Shown here: piece by piece, positions 34,782 to 45,941 of the stretch
How the letters are laid out: each line of letters starts with the position of its first letter
How positions within the stretch are numbered: the first letter of the stretch is position 1
Virus record (IMG/VR): IMGVR_UViG_3300032225_001536
Location: 1 to 61,473 of that record
Direction: 5' to 3' (one strand)
DNA: 61,473 nt
Source of the DNA: a virus
Lineage: Duplodnaviria > Caudoviricetes
Position numbers and translations under genes: made by a program
The notes under the pieces: generated by a model
Database searches by the model: none
What the model was told of the DNA's origin: nothing
The model's input: only the letters and a program-made list of their open reading frames with translations

Positions 34782-36131
34782 ATGAGTTCGACTCCAAATA
34801 ATGCTGAAAATAGTGGAGTTTCATATCCACAAGATTTTTATATAAAAAAATTAAATTTTATAACTACTGCTGGATCTATAGAATTTAAAAAATTGTTGGT
34901 TGAATTTTCTTATTTTGAAGATTTATTTTCTTTTGTAACATCAGGACATTTAACAGTAATCGATGGTCAAGGTTTTATTGAAGCACTACAACTTGATGGT
35001 AATGAATTTTTAGAATTTGAATACAGCAAATCTAAAAATGGACCTTCTACTTCTGGTTATTTTAGAGTTTATAAAATTGGAAATAGAGTTCCTTTAAATA
35101 ATCAAAATTCAAATATTTACACATTACATTTTTGTTCGGAAGAATTGTTTCTGTCGGAACAGAACAAAATTACAAAAACATATCCCGGAACTAAGATATC
35201 TGATATTATAACAGATATATTGAAAAATACATTAAAGATTCCGTCAAATAAAATCTATAAAATTGAAGAAACTACAGGTATATACGATTTTTCTATACCA
35301 AGATTGAAGCCACTTGAAACCATTTCTTGGTTATCAATATACGCAAGACCGAAAACAAGTGGCACAATTGGTGCTGATATGTTATTTTTTGAAAACAAAA
35401 ATGGTTATAATTTCAGGTCCGTCAAATCGATGTTAGCTGAAGAATCAATAGCAACTTACAAGTATCAATTAAAGAATACTGCATACGAAGATGTTACAGA
35501 AAAAATATTTACCGTTCTTGAATATGAATTCGTTAAAACACAAGATATGTTAGATAATATAAGTTCAGGTATGTTATCAAATAAACTCATATCAATAGAT
35601 CCATTAAAAAGGTCTTATAAAGTTACAAATTTTAATGTTAATGATGCAGAATCAGATAACAATATGGGTTCTTTAAAAAATAGATTGGGTAAAACACAAA
35701 CCGAGTCGTATGATTCTGTTATTAAAGTTGCAACAAGTAATTCTAATCAAAAAAATGTTCCTTACATTAAAGAAAGAGAAGGTAGTGTAGCACAAGATAT
35801 CTTCATTGAAAATTATGTTCCTAGTCGTACATCACAAATTAATTTAACTAATTACATTACAGTAAAAATAATAGTGCCTGGAAATCCAAATTTAACCGTA
35901 GGCAAATCTATAAACTTCAACTTATTATCACAAAAAAATTCAAAAGATAATAATCAAAAAGATTTAGATACTTTTTATTCAGGTAAATACATGATATCGG
36001 CGGTTCGACATTCAATTAGAGCTGAAGGAAAATATCAAACGACATTGGAAATTGTGAAAGAGAAAACACAAAATAAATATGCAAGTCCTGACAGTAATAG
36101 TCCTATATGGAAATCGGCGGTTAATGAATGA
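34782..36131 (+). CDS. baseplate hub protein (gp27-like)
   Basis: Between gp53 and gp5; FFEN..GYNF, VPGNPNLTVG, YSGKYMISAVRH. Confidence 0.7.
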   Translation: MSSTPNNAENSGVSYPQDFYIKKLNFITTAGSIEFKKLLVEFSYFEDLFSFVTSGHLTVIDGQGFIEALQLDGNEFLEFEYSKSKNGPSTSGYFRVYKIGNRVPLNNQNSNIYTLHFCSEELFLSEQNKITKTYPGTKISDIITDILKNTLKIPSNKIYKIEETTGIYDFSIPRLKPLETISWLSIYARPKTSGTIGADMLFFENKNGYNFRSVKSMLAEESIATYKYQLKNTAYEDVTEKIFTVLEYEFVKTQDMLDNISSGMLSNKLISIDPLKRSYKVTNFNVNDAESDNNMGSLKNRLGKTQTESYDSVIKVATSNSNQKNVPYIKEREGSVAQDIFIENYVPSRTSQINLTNYITVKIIVPGNPNLTVGKSINFNLLSQKNSKDNNQKDLDTFYSGKYMISAVRHSIRAEGKYQTTLEIVKEKTQNKYASPDSNSPIWKSAVNE

Positions 36132-36973
36132 TGCAAAGTTTTATAGGTAAAGATGGTTTTGTTTGGTGGATGGGTGTCGTTGAAGACAGAGAAGATCCAT
36201 TAAATTTAGGTCGTTGTAAAGTTCGTATTTTTGGTTGGCATTCAGAAAATTTAAATGAAATGCCAACTGATGAATTGCCTTGGGCAGCACCATGTGTTTC
36301 ACCCAATTCTGTTATGACTGATTCTTCACCATTAATTGGTGATTATGTTTTTGGTTTTTTCACTGATGGCATGTCAGCTCAAGCACCAATAATTTTAGGT
36401 ATGTTTCCTGGAATAGTAACAACAAATCCAGAAACAGATAAAGGATTTTCAGCAGGTACTGATTATCCCGTTGGTGAACCAACGACAAGTCGTTTATACA
36501 GAAATGAAAAAATAGACCAAACACCTATTGGTTATCACAATAATAACTTAGATACTGGTGTTCCTACTGCATCTGGTGGTTCTTGGAGTGAACCAAAATC
36601 ACCATACAATACGAAACCACCTTACAATAATGTGACCGAGACTATTTCAGGTCACGTTTTTGAGTTGGATGATACCCCTGGTTCCGAAAGAATACATTTA
36701 GCACACAAGGCTAACACTTTCTTTGAAATTGCACCGGATGGTTCTAAGGTTACCAAGGTAGTTGGTAAAAATTATGAAGTTTATCTTTCCGATAACAATA
36801 TCCATATAAAAGGTACTTGTAATATTACAATAGATGGAAACACCAATCTGTATGTAAAAGGTAATGTTGTTGAAAAAGTTGATGGTAATGTAAATAAAAC
36901 AGTAAGTGGAAATTATACCCTTAATGTTGGTGGTGATGTTGTTGTTACTGGTAGAACAATCAATCTAAACTAA
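36128..36973 (+). CDS. 5: baseplate central spike gp5 (OB-fold plus beta-helix, no lysozyme domain)
   Basis: WWMGVVEDREDPLNLGRCKVRIFGWH, LPWA, SGHVFELDDTPGSERI, VxGN beta-helix repeats. Confidence 0.9.
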   Translation: MMQSFIGKDGFVWWMGVVEDREDPLNLGRCKVRIFGWHSENLNEMPTDELPWAAPCVSPNSVMTDSSPLIGDYVFGFFTDGMSAQAPIILGMFPGIVTTNPETDKGFSAGTDYPVGEPTTSRLYRNEKIDQTPIGYHNNNLDTGVPTASGGSWSEPKSPYNTKPPYNNVTETISGHVFELDDTPGSERIHLAHKANTFFEIAPDGSKVTKVVGKNYEVYLSDNNIHIKGTCNITIDGNTNLYVKGNVVEKVDGNVNKTVSGNYTLNVGGDVVVTGRTINLN

Positions 36974-36981
36974 AGAATAAA

Positions 36982-37287
36982 ATGCCAGCAGTAGCAAGAG
37001 ATGGAGACCCAACAACAACAGGCCACGGTTGTGACGCCATATCAACTGTGACAGGTCCAACTGGTTCACCTGCACACGTATATGCAAATGGAATTCCAGT
37101 TGAATGTCGAGGAAATCCAGTCGCACCACATACGATACCAGCAGGACCCGCCTGTGTTCCTCATTCTGCGGTAATTAATGTTGGTTCATCTACTGTTTTT
37201 GTTGGTGGTATACCTTTGGCCAGAGTTGGTGACTCAACGGATGCCGGCGCAATCATATCCGGAAGCCCAAATGTATTTGCCGGTTAA
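36982..37287 (+). CDS. 5.4: PAAR spike tip protein gp5.4
   Basis: MPAVARDGD..TGHGC, GSSTVFVGGIPLARVGD, GSPNVFAG. Confidence 0.9.
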   Translation: MPAVARDGDPTTTGHGCDAISTVTGPTGSPAHVYANGIPVECRGNPVAPHTIPAGPACVPHSAVINVGSSTVFVGGIPLARVGDSTDAGAIISGSPNVFAG

Positions 37288-37309
37288 AATTTTGAATTCC
37301 ATATTAGCG

Positions 37310-37317
37310 TATAAATA
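37310..37317 (+). promoter_or_regulatory. T4 late promoter
   Basis: Exact TATAAATA before gp25. Confidence 0.65.
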
Positions 37318-37321
37318 AAAG

Positions 37322-37714
37322 ATGGCATACTTACAAAAGATATATTCAGATATAGATTTCACCTTCATCAAGAAACCGGTGACGGCTGATGTGGCCTTGA
37401 GTTATGATGCACAAGCGGTCATTCGTTCAATTCGTAATTTACTTTCCACAAAACATTATGAAAGACCGTTTAATCCAAACATAGGTTCAAATATGGACGC
37501 TATGTTATTTGAAAATATGTCTGCAACAACATCAATTTCAATAAAAAATGAAATTGAAACGATTATTAAAAATTATGAACCAAGAGCACTATTAAAAGAT
37601 GTTACAGTATCACCACAGATTGATAAAAATGCATATAATGTAACTTTAACATTTTATATAGAAAATGCAACACTTCCAACAACAATAACACTCCTTTTAG
37701 AGAGAAATAGATAA
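37322..37714 (+). CDS. 25: baseplate wedge subunit gp25
   Basis: YSDIDFTF, AVIRSIRNLL.T...ERPF.P.IGS, NYEPRA. Confidence 0.9.
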   Translation: MAYLQKIYSDIDFTFIKKPVTADVALSYDAQAVIRSIRNLLSTKHYERPFNPNIGSNMDAMLFENMSATTSISIKNEIETIIKNYEPRALLKDVTVSPQIDKNAYNVTLTFYIENATLPTTITLLLERNR

Positions 37715-37715
37715 G

Positions 37716-39797
37716 ATGGCAGGCGCAAATTCAAATTTCCAAATGACAGACTTGGATTTTAATAATATTAAAACAAGTTTGAAAACGTATCTTCAGTCAC
37801 AGGATACTCTAAAAGACTATAATTATGAAGGTTCTGCTCTTTCTACTCTTTTGGATATTTTAGCTTATAATACACAATACAACGCATATTATTTGAATAT
37901 GGTTGCCAATGAAATGTTCATGGATACCGCTTTACAACGTGATTCTGTGGTATCTCAAGCTAAATTATTGAATTATACACCAAAATCTGCTATTGCTCCT
38001 TCTGCTGTCATCAATCTTAGAGTCAATCAAGTGGCAGATGCTTCACTGACATTACCAAAGTTTACCACATTTATTTCTGAAGCTATTGATGGTGTAAACT
38101 ATAACTTTGTCACATCAGATTCAATGACCGTTAATGTTACATCAAATACCGCAACATTCAATCATGTAACATTAAAACAAGGTCTTCCTGGTTCAATTTC
38201 ATATACAGTTGATGGTAATGATAATCCAAAATATGTTTTCAAAATACCAGATATTGGTGTAGATACAACAACATTGGTGGTTTCTGTACAAAAATCTCTA
38301 TATGATGATTACACAGAAGTGTACGATGAATCATCAAATTATTTAACATTGAATGGTCAGTCTCTTGTTTATTTCTTACAAGAAGGTATTGGCGGCCTAT
38401 ATGAAATTTATTTTGGTGATAACATATTAGGTAAAAAATTAGATGATGGTAATGTCGTAAAATTATCTTATGTTGTTACGAATGGTACGGCAGGTGCAGG
38501 TTCCAATAACTTTGTATTAATGGAATCAATAAATGGTTATTCAAACACAACTATATTTTCTGTCTCGGCCGCAACGACCGGCCAATCAAAAGAATCTATT
38601 GATTCCATCAAGTTTCAGGCACCAAAATCATATTCATCACAGAAACGTGCTGTTACTAAAGAAGATTATATTACAGTTGTACAACAAAATAAATTGGGTT
38701 ATGCTTTTGATGCAGTTAATGTCTGGGGTGGCCAAGAAAATCCTACACCAGTATATGGACAGGTGTTCATTTCAATTAAACCAGCTGGAGCATATACATT
38801 AACAGCTACACAGAAACAAAGATTGATTCAAGATGTTATTAAACCGGTTTCGGTAATGACTGTCGAACCAACAATTATTGATCCGGATTATACTTATATA
38901 CAAATAACAGCAAATGTTTTGTTTGATCCTAAGAAAACTAATTTGTCATCATCACAAATACAAGATGCTGTAAAAACGGCAATTAGTAATTTTGGAATTA
39001 CAAATTTAAATACATTCAATTCAACATTTTCAGCAACAGATTTTTCTCAAGTTATTTCTAATGTATCGCCATCAATTATCACTAATGAAATTTCAATAAA
39101 ATTACAGAAAAAGATATTTCCAAATTTAACAACACCTTCTACTTATAATTTATTCTATGGCACAACATTAAATCGTGGAATGTTTCAGAGTGGAGTAACT
39201 AGTTCTCCTTCCGTAAAATTTAGAAACCCATTAAATTTAGAAAATATTATTGATGGTATGTACATCGAAGAAGTTCCCACTTCTACAGGTGGTTTAGAAT
39301 CTGTGGCAGTTATTAATCCAGGTTTTGGATATCAGTATACGCCAATAGTAACAATACTTGGAGATGGTACAGGCGCAACAGCTGAAGCAGAAATTACGGG
39401 TTCAGGTTCAATACGTGCAATTAATGTGTTAACTGCTGGTACAGGATATACAAGTGCAATTGTTCAAATCACACCTGCACCAGGGGATACTACAGGTGCT
39501 TTAGGTGCAGCAACAGCAACACTAACGGGTCGTTATGGTACACTCAGATTATATTACAACGATTCACAAAATATCAAAACAGTATTCAATAATAATATTG
39601 GTTCGATTGATTATGTTGAAGGTATCGTCAAATTAAATTCTTTTGGTCCAATTCAAGTCAACAACGATTTGGGACAATTAACAATGACAGTTAATCCATC
39701 CACAACAATAATTTCATCATCATATAATAGAATCATTACAATTGATGAATATGATCCAAACTCAATTGTTGTTAATGTTACAACTAAAACAACATGA
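37716..39797 (+). CDS. 6: baseplate wedge subunit gp6
   Basis: LDFNNIK.SL..YL, DYNYEGS, LAYNTQYNAYY.NM..NE.F.DTA, RAVTKEDY, YGQVFISIKP. Confidence 0.92.
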   Translation: MAGANSNFQMTDLDFNNIKTSLKTYLQSQDTLKDYNYEGSALSTLLDILAYNTQYNAYYLNMVANEMFMDTALQRDSVVSQAKLLNYTPKSAIAPSAVINLRVNQVADASLTLPKFTTFISEAIDGVNYNFVTSDSMTVNVTSNTATFNHVTLKQGLPGSISYTVDGNDNPKYVFKIPDIGVDTTTLVVSVQKSLYDDYTEVYDESSNYLTLNGQSLVYFLQEGIGGLYEIYFGDNILGKKLDDGNVVKLSYVVTNGTAGAGSNNFVLMESINGYSNTTIFSVSAATTGQSKESIDSIKFQAPKSYSSQKRAVTKEDYITVVQQNKLGYAFDAVNVWGGQENPTPVYGQVFISIKPAGAYTLTATQKQRLIQDVIKPVSVMTVEPTIIDPDYTYIQITANVLFDPKKTNLSSSQIQDAVKTAISNFGITNLNTFNSTFSATDFSQVISNVSPSIITNEISIKLQKKIFPNLTTPSTYNLFYGTTLNRGMFQSGVTSSPSVKFRNPLNLENIIDGMYIEEVPTSTGGLESVAVINPGFGYQYTPIVTILGDGTGATAEAEITGSGSIRAINVLTAGTGYTSAIVQITPAPGDTTGALGAATATLTGRYGTLRLYYNDSQNIKTVFNNNIGSIDYVEGIVKLNSFGPIQVNNDLGQLTMTVNPSTTIISSSYNRIITIDEYDPNSIVVNVTTKTT

Positions 39798-42583
39798 TAG
39801 TAAACGGACAAAAAACATCATTACTAATTGGTTCACAGTTACCTGAATTTATCAGGGATAATCCTGACTATGCCAATTTTAATTTATTCCTAAACGCTTA
39901 TTATGAGTGGATGGAACAAAATGGTAAAGTAACGGATAGATCCAAAAATCTACTAAGTTACAAAGATGTTGACCAAACAACTGATGAATTTTTGGATTAT
40001 TTTACAAATGACTTTTTGCCATATTTTCCAAAAGATATTTTGGTCGATAAACAAAGAGCAGTTAAATTTGCCAAAGAACTGTACCAAACTAAAGGTATAC
40101 CAGCATCATATGAATTCCTGTTTAGAGTAATTTATAATTCTGATTTTGATATTTTTTACACAAAAGATGCTGTTCTTAAAGCATCAGCCGGTACTTGGTA
40201 TGTCGCCAAATCTCTGAAATTAGCATCGACCGATTTAAATTTTTTAAATATTAATAATTATAGATTGTTTGGTGAAACAACAAAATCTATTGCAACAGTA
40301 GAAAATTCTGTTGTTGCAGGTAAAAAAATAGAAGTATTCATTTCAAACATTGAACGACTATTTCAATCTGGTGAATTCGTTCGTGTTGTTGATAATAAGA
40401 ACCAAGATGTTTTATTTGATGGTCAACCACTTAGAGCAAAAATTGTAGGTCAAATTAGTAAGCTCTCGATTGATCCAAAAAACAGAGGTCTTTTTTATAA
40501 AGTTGGTGACCCCGTTGTTCTTTATAATGGTTTAAATTCTGAAACGGGTATTGGTGCTACTGCTGAAGTTGGTGAAACAACCAAAGGTTCTATCAAAAGT
40601 ATTAGTGTAGTTAATGGTGGATATGGTTATTCATTTTTACCAAATACACAAATTACTATCACACCATCATATGGAGCCAACGCAACAATTGGTTCTTTGG
40701 ATCCAAATTATAAGAAAAGAGCGAATGTATCTTTAATACCTATTGATACCATAGCAACAAAGAAAGATGTTTTACTATCGGACAGCAATTATCTTTTTGC
40801 AAATGCTTTTATATCCGATATTAATACAACACTAGGGGAAGCTTTAACTTTCGCATCATTCTCTACATATCCAATATCATCGGTAATTGTAAATAACGGC
40901 GGTGGTGGTATTACAGTTCCACCAGAAATTTTTGCTGATTCACAATATTTAACGGATATTCAAACCTATACATCATTACGTTCGATGGGTATTTTAGCAC
41001 CTATACAAATTATAAATGGTGGAAATGGTTATCGAGCTAATGATAAAATTGTATTCACCGGCGGCACAGGTATAGGTGCCTATGCTAATGTGATAACTGT
41101 TTCTAGTAATGGTGCAATCACCAATGTTGCATATGTTACTGGTTCATCGAATTATCCTGTTGGTGGTATAGGATATTCTGCCGATTATTTACCAAGTGTT
41201 ACAGTAAATTCAGCAAACACTCAAGCGGCAAATGCGGTATTAACTGTACCAGGAATTTTAGGTGATGGTGCTACATTCTCTGTACTTACTGACCGTGCAG
41301 GATCAATCACAACAATTAATATTATTGATGGTGGTGAAGATTATATTTCAACACCAAATGTATCGATAAAGATACAAGATATTGTTGTATCCAATGTTTC
41401 AATCATCAATTTACCTTCCAAAGGTGATAAGATATATCAAGGTGCAAATATAAATGTATCAACATATCAAGCAACTGTTGACTCAACTCAATTATTGAAC
41501 GTTGATGCCGATCCAACAAAATCGTTATTCCGTTTAAGAGTTTTTAACTATAATTCAAATCCAAATCCAGAAAAAACTTTAAATATTAATAAAAATATAC
41601 ATTTAATAATGTATAATGAACAATATGATTCTACATATAATAAGTATGGATATAAAAATTATGGTGACGGTACAGCCAAAGCTGCAGCATCATTCTTAAA
41701 TGGATTAGTAATTAGCCAAGGACAATATGTAACGTCACAAGGACAACCAAGTTCGTTTGACGTTTTACAAAGTACTATCTATAATAATTTCACATACGAA
41801 ATTACAGTAGAAAAAGAAATAGAAAAATACAGAAATATTTTATTGGAGTTATTACATCCAACAGGTATGAATGTGATTGGTCGTTATGCACTGAAATCAA
41901 ATGCACAGTTTAATTTAATTGGTGCTGAAGCTTTAAATCAAGGTCGCACACTAGATTATTATACCGGTTATTCAGGATCAGGTGCAATTATCAATTCAGA
42001 TTTCACAAATAAAAGTAACAATATTGTCTCATTGACAAATCTTGCTGGTTCAAATATTGCAAATTATATCTCAACAAATAATTCAATTACAATTAAACCA
42101 ACAAACGGACCTACTATTCAAGGTGAAGTTGTTTCTGTAAATTTTTCATCAAATACAATTACATTATCGAGCAATGTTTGGTTGACATTTGCAAATGTTG
42201 CAACAATTACAGGAAACAACGGTTCTAATGTCATAAATATTAAGACCTTAACTGGTGCATATGATATTGTAAATAATAGAAATTATAGTAATACATCATA
42301 TCCTCTGAAAGATATTGTGTATGCTGGAGATAAAATTTTAGTTGCTAATAATACTAGTAAGACAGTATCATCAGTAGATTATAGTAATGGTAAAATTTAT
42401 TTGACTACCAATTTGACAGCAAACGCAAATTCATATATGGCAGTCAACCGAACATTCTCAACTTCTTTAGCTAATAATATTACAATTTATGGACCAATTG
42501 GTTTACAATATATTCCAGAATTAACAACAGAAAATGGTAGAACAATAACAACAGAAGATGGTAGAATACTACTTTTAGGATAA
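39794..42583 (+). CDS. 7: baseplate wedge initiator gp7-like
   Basis: SQLPEFIR...F..AYYEWME, KELYQTKG...SY.FLFR, LLHPTGM; follows gp6. Confidence 0.75.
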   Translation: MIVNGQKTSLLIGSQLPEFIRDNPDYANFNLFLNAYYEWMEQNGKVTDRSKNLLSYKDVDQTTDEFLDYFTNDFLPYFPKDILVDKQRAVKFAKELYQTKGIPASYEFLFRVIYNSDFDIFYTKDAVLKASAGTWYVAKSLKLASTDLNFLNINNYRLFGETTKSIATVENSVVAGKKIEVFISNIERLFQSGEFVRVVDNKNQDVLFDGQPLRAKIVGQISKLSIDPKNRGLFYKVGDPVVLYNGLNSETGIGATAEVGETTKGSIKSISVVNGGYGYSFLPNTQITITPSYGANATIGSLDPNYKKRANVSLIPIDTIATKKDVLLSDSNYLFANAFISDINTTLGEALTFASFSTYPISSVIVNNGGGGITVPPEIFADSQYLTDIQTYTSLRSMGILAPIQIINGGNGYRANDKIVFTGGTGIGAYANVITVSSNGAITNVAYVTGSSNYPVGGIGYSADYLPSVTVNSANTQAANAVLTVPGILGDGATFSVLTDRAGSITTINIIDGGEDYISTPNVSIKIQDIVVSNVSIINLPSKGDKIYQGANINVSTYQATVDSTQLLNVDADPTKSLFRLRVFNYNSNPNPEKTLNINKNIHLIMYNEQYDSTYNKYGYKNYGDGTAKAAASFLNGLVISQGQYVTSQGQPSSFDVLQSTIYNNFTYEITVEKEIEKYRNILLELLHPTGMNVIGRYALKSNAQFNLIGAEALNQGRTLDYYTGYSGSGAIINSDFTNKSNNIVSLTNLAGSNIANYISTNNSITIKPTNGPTIQGEVVSVNFSSNTITLSSNVWLTFANVATITGNNGSNVINIKTLTGAYDIVNNRNYSNTSYPLKDIVYAGDKILVANNTSKTVSSVDYSNGKIYLTTNLTANANSYMAVNRTFSTSLANNITIYGPIGLQYIPELTTENGRTITTEDGRILLLG

Positions 42584-42587
42584 AACA

Positions 42588-44516
42588 ATGTCATCAGTAA
42601 AAATTTCAGAATTAACAGCAATTACAACAATTAATGCCAACACATCAAATACTCTATTGATGGGTGTAGACATTCCTTCAGGTGTAACCGGTAAATTCAC
42701 AGCTCATACACTGGCACAAGGACTTTATTCAAATGAAGTATTAAATGTTGGTGGTAATCCTGTTAATTTACCGAATACTATTGCTCAGTTTTCTTTGGGT
42801 GGACAATCATACATACAGACCAACCTAGTTAACACAAATGATGGTGGTTCTGCTGACATAGTTGTTACTGCCAATACCGGTACAGATTCTTCATATTTTA
42901 TTGATGTGGGTTATGCTAATAAAGATTATCAACCTGGTTCTGAATTTAATAATATTGGAACTGCTATAAACCGTTTAGATGGTTACATTTATGCACAAGG
43001 TAGTACAGGTAATACGTGGGGTGGCAATTTAATTGTTGGTACTACCACAACAGATAAAGAAGTTCGTTTTATAGCAGGCGGCGGCACAGTCGATAGTGTT
43101 ATTGCCAAAATGAACGCATCGTCAATTATATTAAATAGAGCTTTGGTGTTCGCTGATGGTTCAACACAAAATACAGCTTTGGGTTCAGTAGGAACATATG
43201 CCAATGCAGCATTTATAAAGGCAAATACACCAAGTTATACTGCCAATTCAGCATCTCTATATGCTAACGGTGCTTTTATCCAAGCAAATGCGTCCTTTAG
43301 TAAAGCAAACTCAGCAGTTCAGAATACTGCCGTAATTCAATTACAATCATTGACATTGACTGGTAACTTGATTGCTAACTCAACAGGTCAGGGTATCTTT
43401 GTTGATTCATTTACATCAAATAATGCAGTCTTTAGTAAGAATGTAACTGTTCTTAACAATCTTACCGCCAATACACTGTTAGGAAATATCTTCTTCTCTA
43501 ATGTAGTTACAACAACCACTCAATCCAATTCGATTCTTTGGTTTCCACAATCAACTGCTCCAACACAACAAGTTGCACAGTTGTGGTACTATTCTAATAC
43601 ACAATCATTAATATTAGATACGGATATTCCTGGTGATAGACTTTCTATCTCTAAGGTTCTTTTCTTCCGTGCATTTAACAGTACCGGCGTAACAATACCA
43701 GCAAATTCTTTTGTTCGTTTGACTCCAGGTGTTACTGCAAATCAAATTCCATATATTGCTTTGGCTGATGCAACATCAGCAGCTAATGCTACAGTTGCTG
43801 GATTTGTTAAGAATGGAATTTCAAACGGTGCATATGGTTTTGCATACTCACAAGGTGTTGTTGAAGAATTAAATTCAACTGGTCTTGGTTCAACTGGTGA
43901 TATTCTTTTCTTGTCAACAACACCAGGTCGTTCATCTAATGTGGCTCCTACTGATGGTGCAAATACAGTAGTTCAGTTAGGTAGAATTGTTAATTCTGAT
44001 GCAACTCAAGGTAAGTTATTTGTCCAGAACCAGTTACGCCAAGCATATGGTAGACCAAATGGTTCTGTATTGTATGCATATGCAAATAACATCACTGCAA
44101 GTAATACAATAAGTATCAATGATGGAACTGGTACTGTAAACGCCAATACTATTATTGCTAATACGTTTGTATATGGTTCTGCTACTGCCAATGCAATGGT
44201 TACTCAACTGACCAGTAAATCTACATCTGTTACTGCAAATGGTATGTCTGGTCAAATTACAATGAACAACGCTTCGTTAGCTGGTCAAGCATATGTCACA
44301 TTCACAGTCAATAACAGTTATGTTCAACATGTTAACGATATACCTTTTGTATCTATACAAAATTCAGTAACAACACCAAATCCATATATTGTTACTGTTG
44401 GTAAAGTTGCTGTTGGTAGTTTCAATATTACAGTATATAATGCTGATTCAGGCGGCGGTTCAGCACACGCAGACGCAATTGTATTAAATTGGGGATTAAT
44501 GAGAGTTGGAAACTAA
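42588..44516 (+). CDS. virion structural / short fibre protein
   Basis: VKISEL N-terminus; YAN.AF..AN heptads shared with the other fibres; G/S/T/N-rich. Confidence 0.65.
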   Translation: MSSVKISELTAITTINANTSNTLLMGVDIPSGVTGKFTAHTLAQGLYSNEVLNVGGNPVNLPNTIAQFSLGGQSYIQTNLVNTNDGGSADIVVTANTGTDSSYFIDVGYANKDYQPGSEFNNIGTAINRLDGYIYAQGSTGNTWGGNLIVGTTTTDKEVRFIAGGGTVDSVIAKMNASSIILNRALVFADGSTQNTALGSVGTYANAAFIKANTPSYTANSASLYANGAFIQANASFSKANSAVQNTAVIQLQSLTLTGNLIANSTGQGIFVDSFTSNNAVFSKNVTVLNNLTANTLLGNIFFSNVVTTTTQSNSILWFPQSTAPTQQVAQLWYYSNTQSLILDTDIPGDRLSISKVLFFRAFNSTGVTIPANSFVRLTPGVTANQIPYIALADATSAANATVAGFVKNGISNGAYGFAYSQGVVEELNSTGLGSTGDILFLSTTPGRSSNVAPTDGANTVVQLGRIVNSDATQGKLFVQNQLRQAYGRPNGSVLYAYANNITASNTISINDGTGTVNANTIIANTFVYGSATANAMVTQLTSKSTSVTANGMSGQITMNNASLAGQAYVTFTVNNSYVQHVNDIPFVSIQNSVTTPNPYIVTVGKVAVGSFNITVYNADSGGGSAHADAIVLNWGLMRVGN

Positions 44517-44530
44517 CGAATAAATAAAAC

Positions 44531-45931
44531 ATGGCAAATAAAAATATCATCACAACAGGCGCTAAGGTATCAGCAGTCGAATTAAACTATGTAGCACCAA
44601 ACTCCGTTGCCGCACCGTATTATAGTGTGCCTATAGCAACAACATATTGTTTTCTTTCTAAGCCTTTACCTTGGGACGATGACACAAATCCACCAATACC
44701 TCAAGCTAGTGTTAAATATACTAAACAAGTTCAAAAGAACATGTTTGTAGCAAAATTTATTAGCATCAATGATATTTCTCCAGTTATTCGAAGAATTGAT
44801 TGGGTATCAGGTACTGTATATGAACATTATCAAGATGATATTGATATGATTGAGTTAGACACTAATGGTAATTTGGTTCATATATTTTATGTCAAAAATA
44901 AATATGACCAAATATTCAAATGTTTGTGGAACAACAACGACCAACCATCAACAATAGAACCATATTTTGAACCAGGAACTTACAATACGAATAATGTTTT
45001 CAAAGGTACTGATGGTTATAAATGGAAATATATTTACACTATTGACACCGGCCTGAAACTTAAATTTATGGATAAAACATGGATTCCCGTACCAGTTGGT
45101 GCCAATACACCAAATCCATTAATAACTAGTGCTGGTTCAGGCTCAATTGATGCAATTAATGTCACAAATGGTGGTTCTGGTTACGATCCAGCAAATTCTG
45201 CAATAACAATTACAATTGTGGGTGATGGAACTGGAGCTGTTGCTTCAGCCAATGTGTCTTCTGGTATAATTAATGATATTATTGTTACTAGTCCAGGTTC
45301 AAACTACACTTACGCAAACGTTATAATCACTTCATCTACAGGTTCAGGTGCAACAGCTGAAGCACCAACGTCACCTATAGGTGGCCACGGGTTCGATCCT
45401 ATTTCTGAACTAGGTTGTTCTCACATTATGTTCACCGCCGAGTTCAATGGATCGGAAGGCGGATTAATACCAACAGATATTGATTTCCATCAATTGGGGT
45501 TAGTTATTAATCCAACATCTCTTGCGTCACAGACTTCTGCTATAGCATTAGGATTAACTTCAACTTTACCCGCTAATGGTGCAATATATAGTACAACGAC
45601 AGATTTAGTCGTAGCTCCAGGTTTTGGAACATATACACAAGATGAATTTATTTTCCAAGGACCAAATGATAATGTTGAAAATGCTACATTTACAGCAACG
45701 GCATTGAGTTTTAATACATCAACCAATGTACTAAGGCTAATAAATACAACAGGAACACTAACAACGAATGCGCCTGTGAGAAACATACCAAAAACAAATA
45801 GAACTCTACTATCTTTTACGACACCAGATTTTGCTACATTATCAGGTTATGTTAGTTACATTGAAAATAGAAGTAGTGTACAAAGAAGTTATGATGGTAT
45901 AGAACAAGTAAGAATAGTATTAGGTTACTAA
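44531..45931 (+). CDS. 8: baseplate wedge subunit gp8
   Basis: RRIDWVSGTVY..Y, YQIFKCLWN, DGYKWKYIY, GGHGFDPISELG, YIENR. Confidence 0.85.
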   Translation: MANKNIITTGAKVSAVELNYVAPNSVAAPYYSVPIATTYCFLSKPLPWDDDTNPPIPQASVKYTKQVQKNMFVAKFISINDISPVIRRIDWVSGTVYEHYQDDIDMIELDTNGNLVHIFYVKNKYDQIFKCLWNNNDQPSTIEPYFEPGTYNTNNVFKGTDGYKWKYIYTIDTGLKLKFMDKTWIPVPVGANTPNPLITSAGSGSIDAINVTNGGSGYDPANSAITITIVGDGTGAVASANVSSGIINDIIVTSPGSNYTYANVIITSSTGSGATAEAPTSPIGGHGFDPISELGCSHIMFTAEFNGSEGGLIPTDIDFHQLGLVINPTSLASQTSAIALGLTSTLPANGAIYSTTTDLVVAPGFGTYTQDEFIFQGPNDNVENATFTATALSFNTSTNVLRLINTTGTLTTNAPVRNIPKTNRTLLSFTTPDFATLSGYVSYIENRSSVQRSYDGIEQVRIVLGY

Positions 45932-45941
45932 AAGGAAAAAA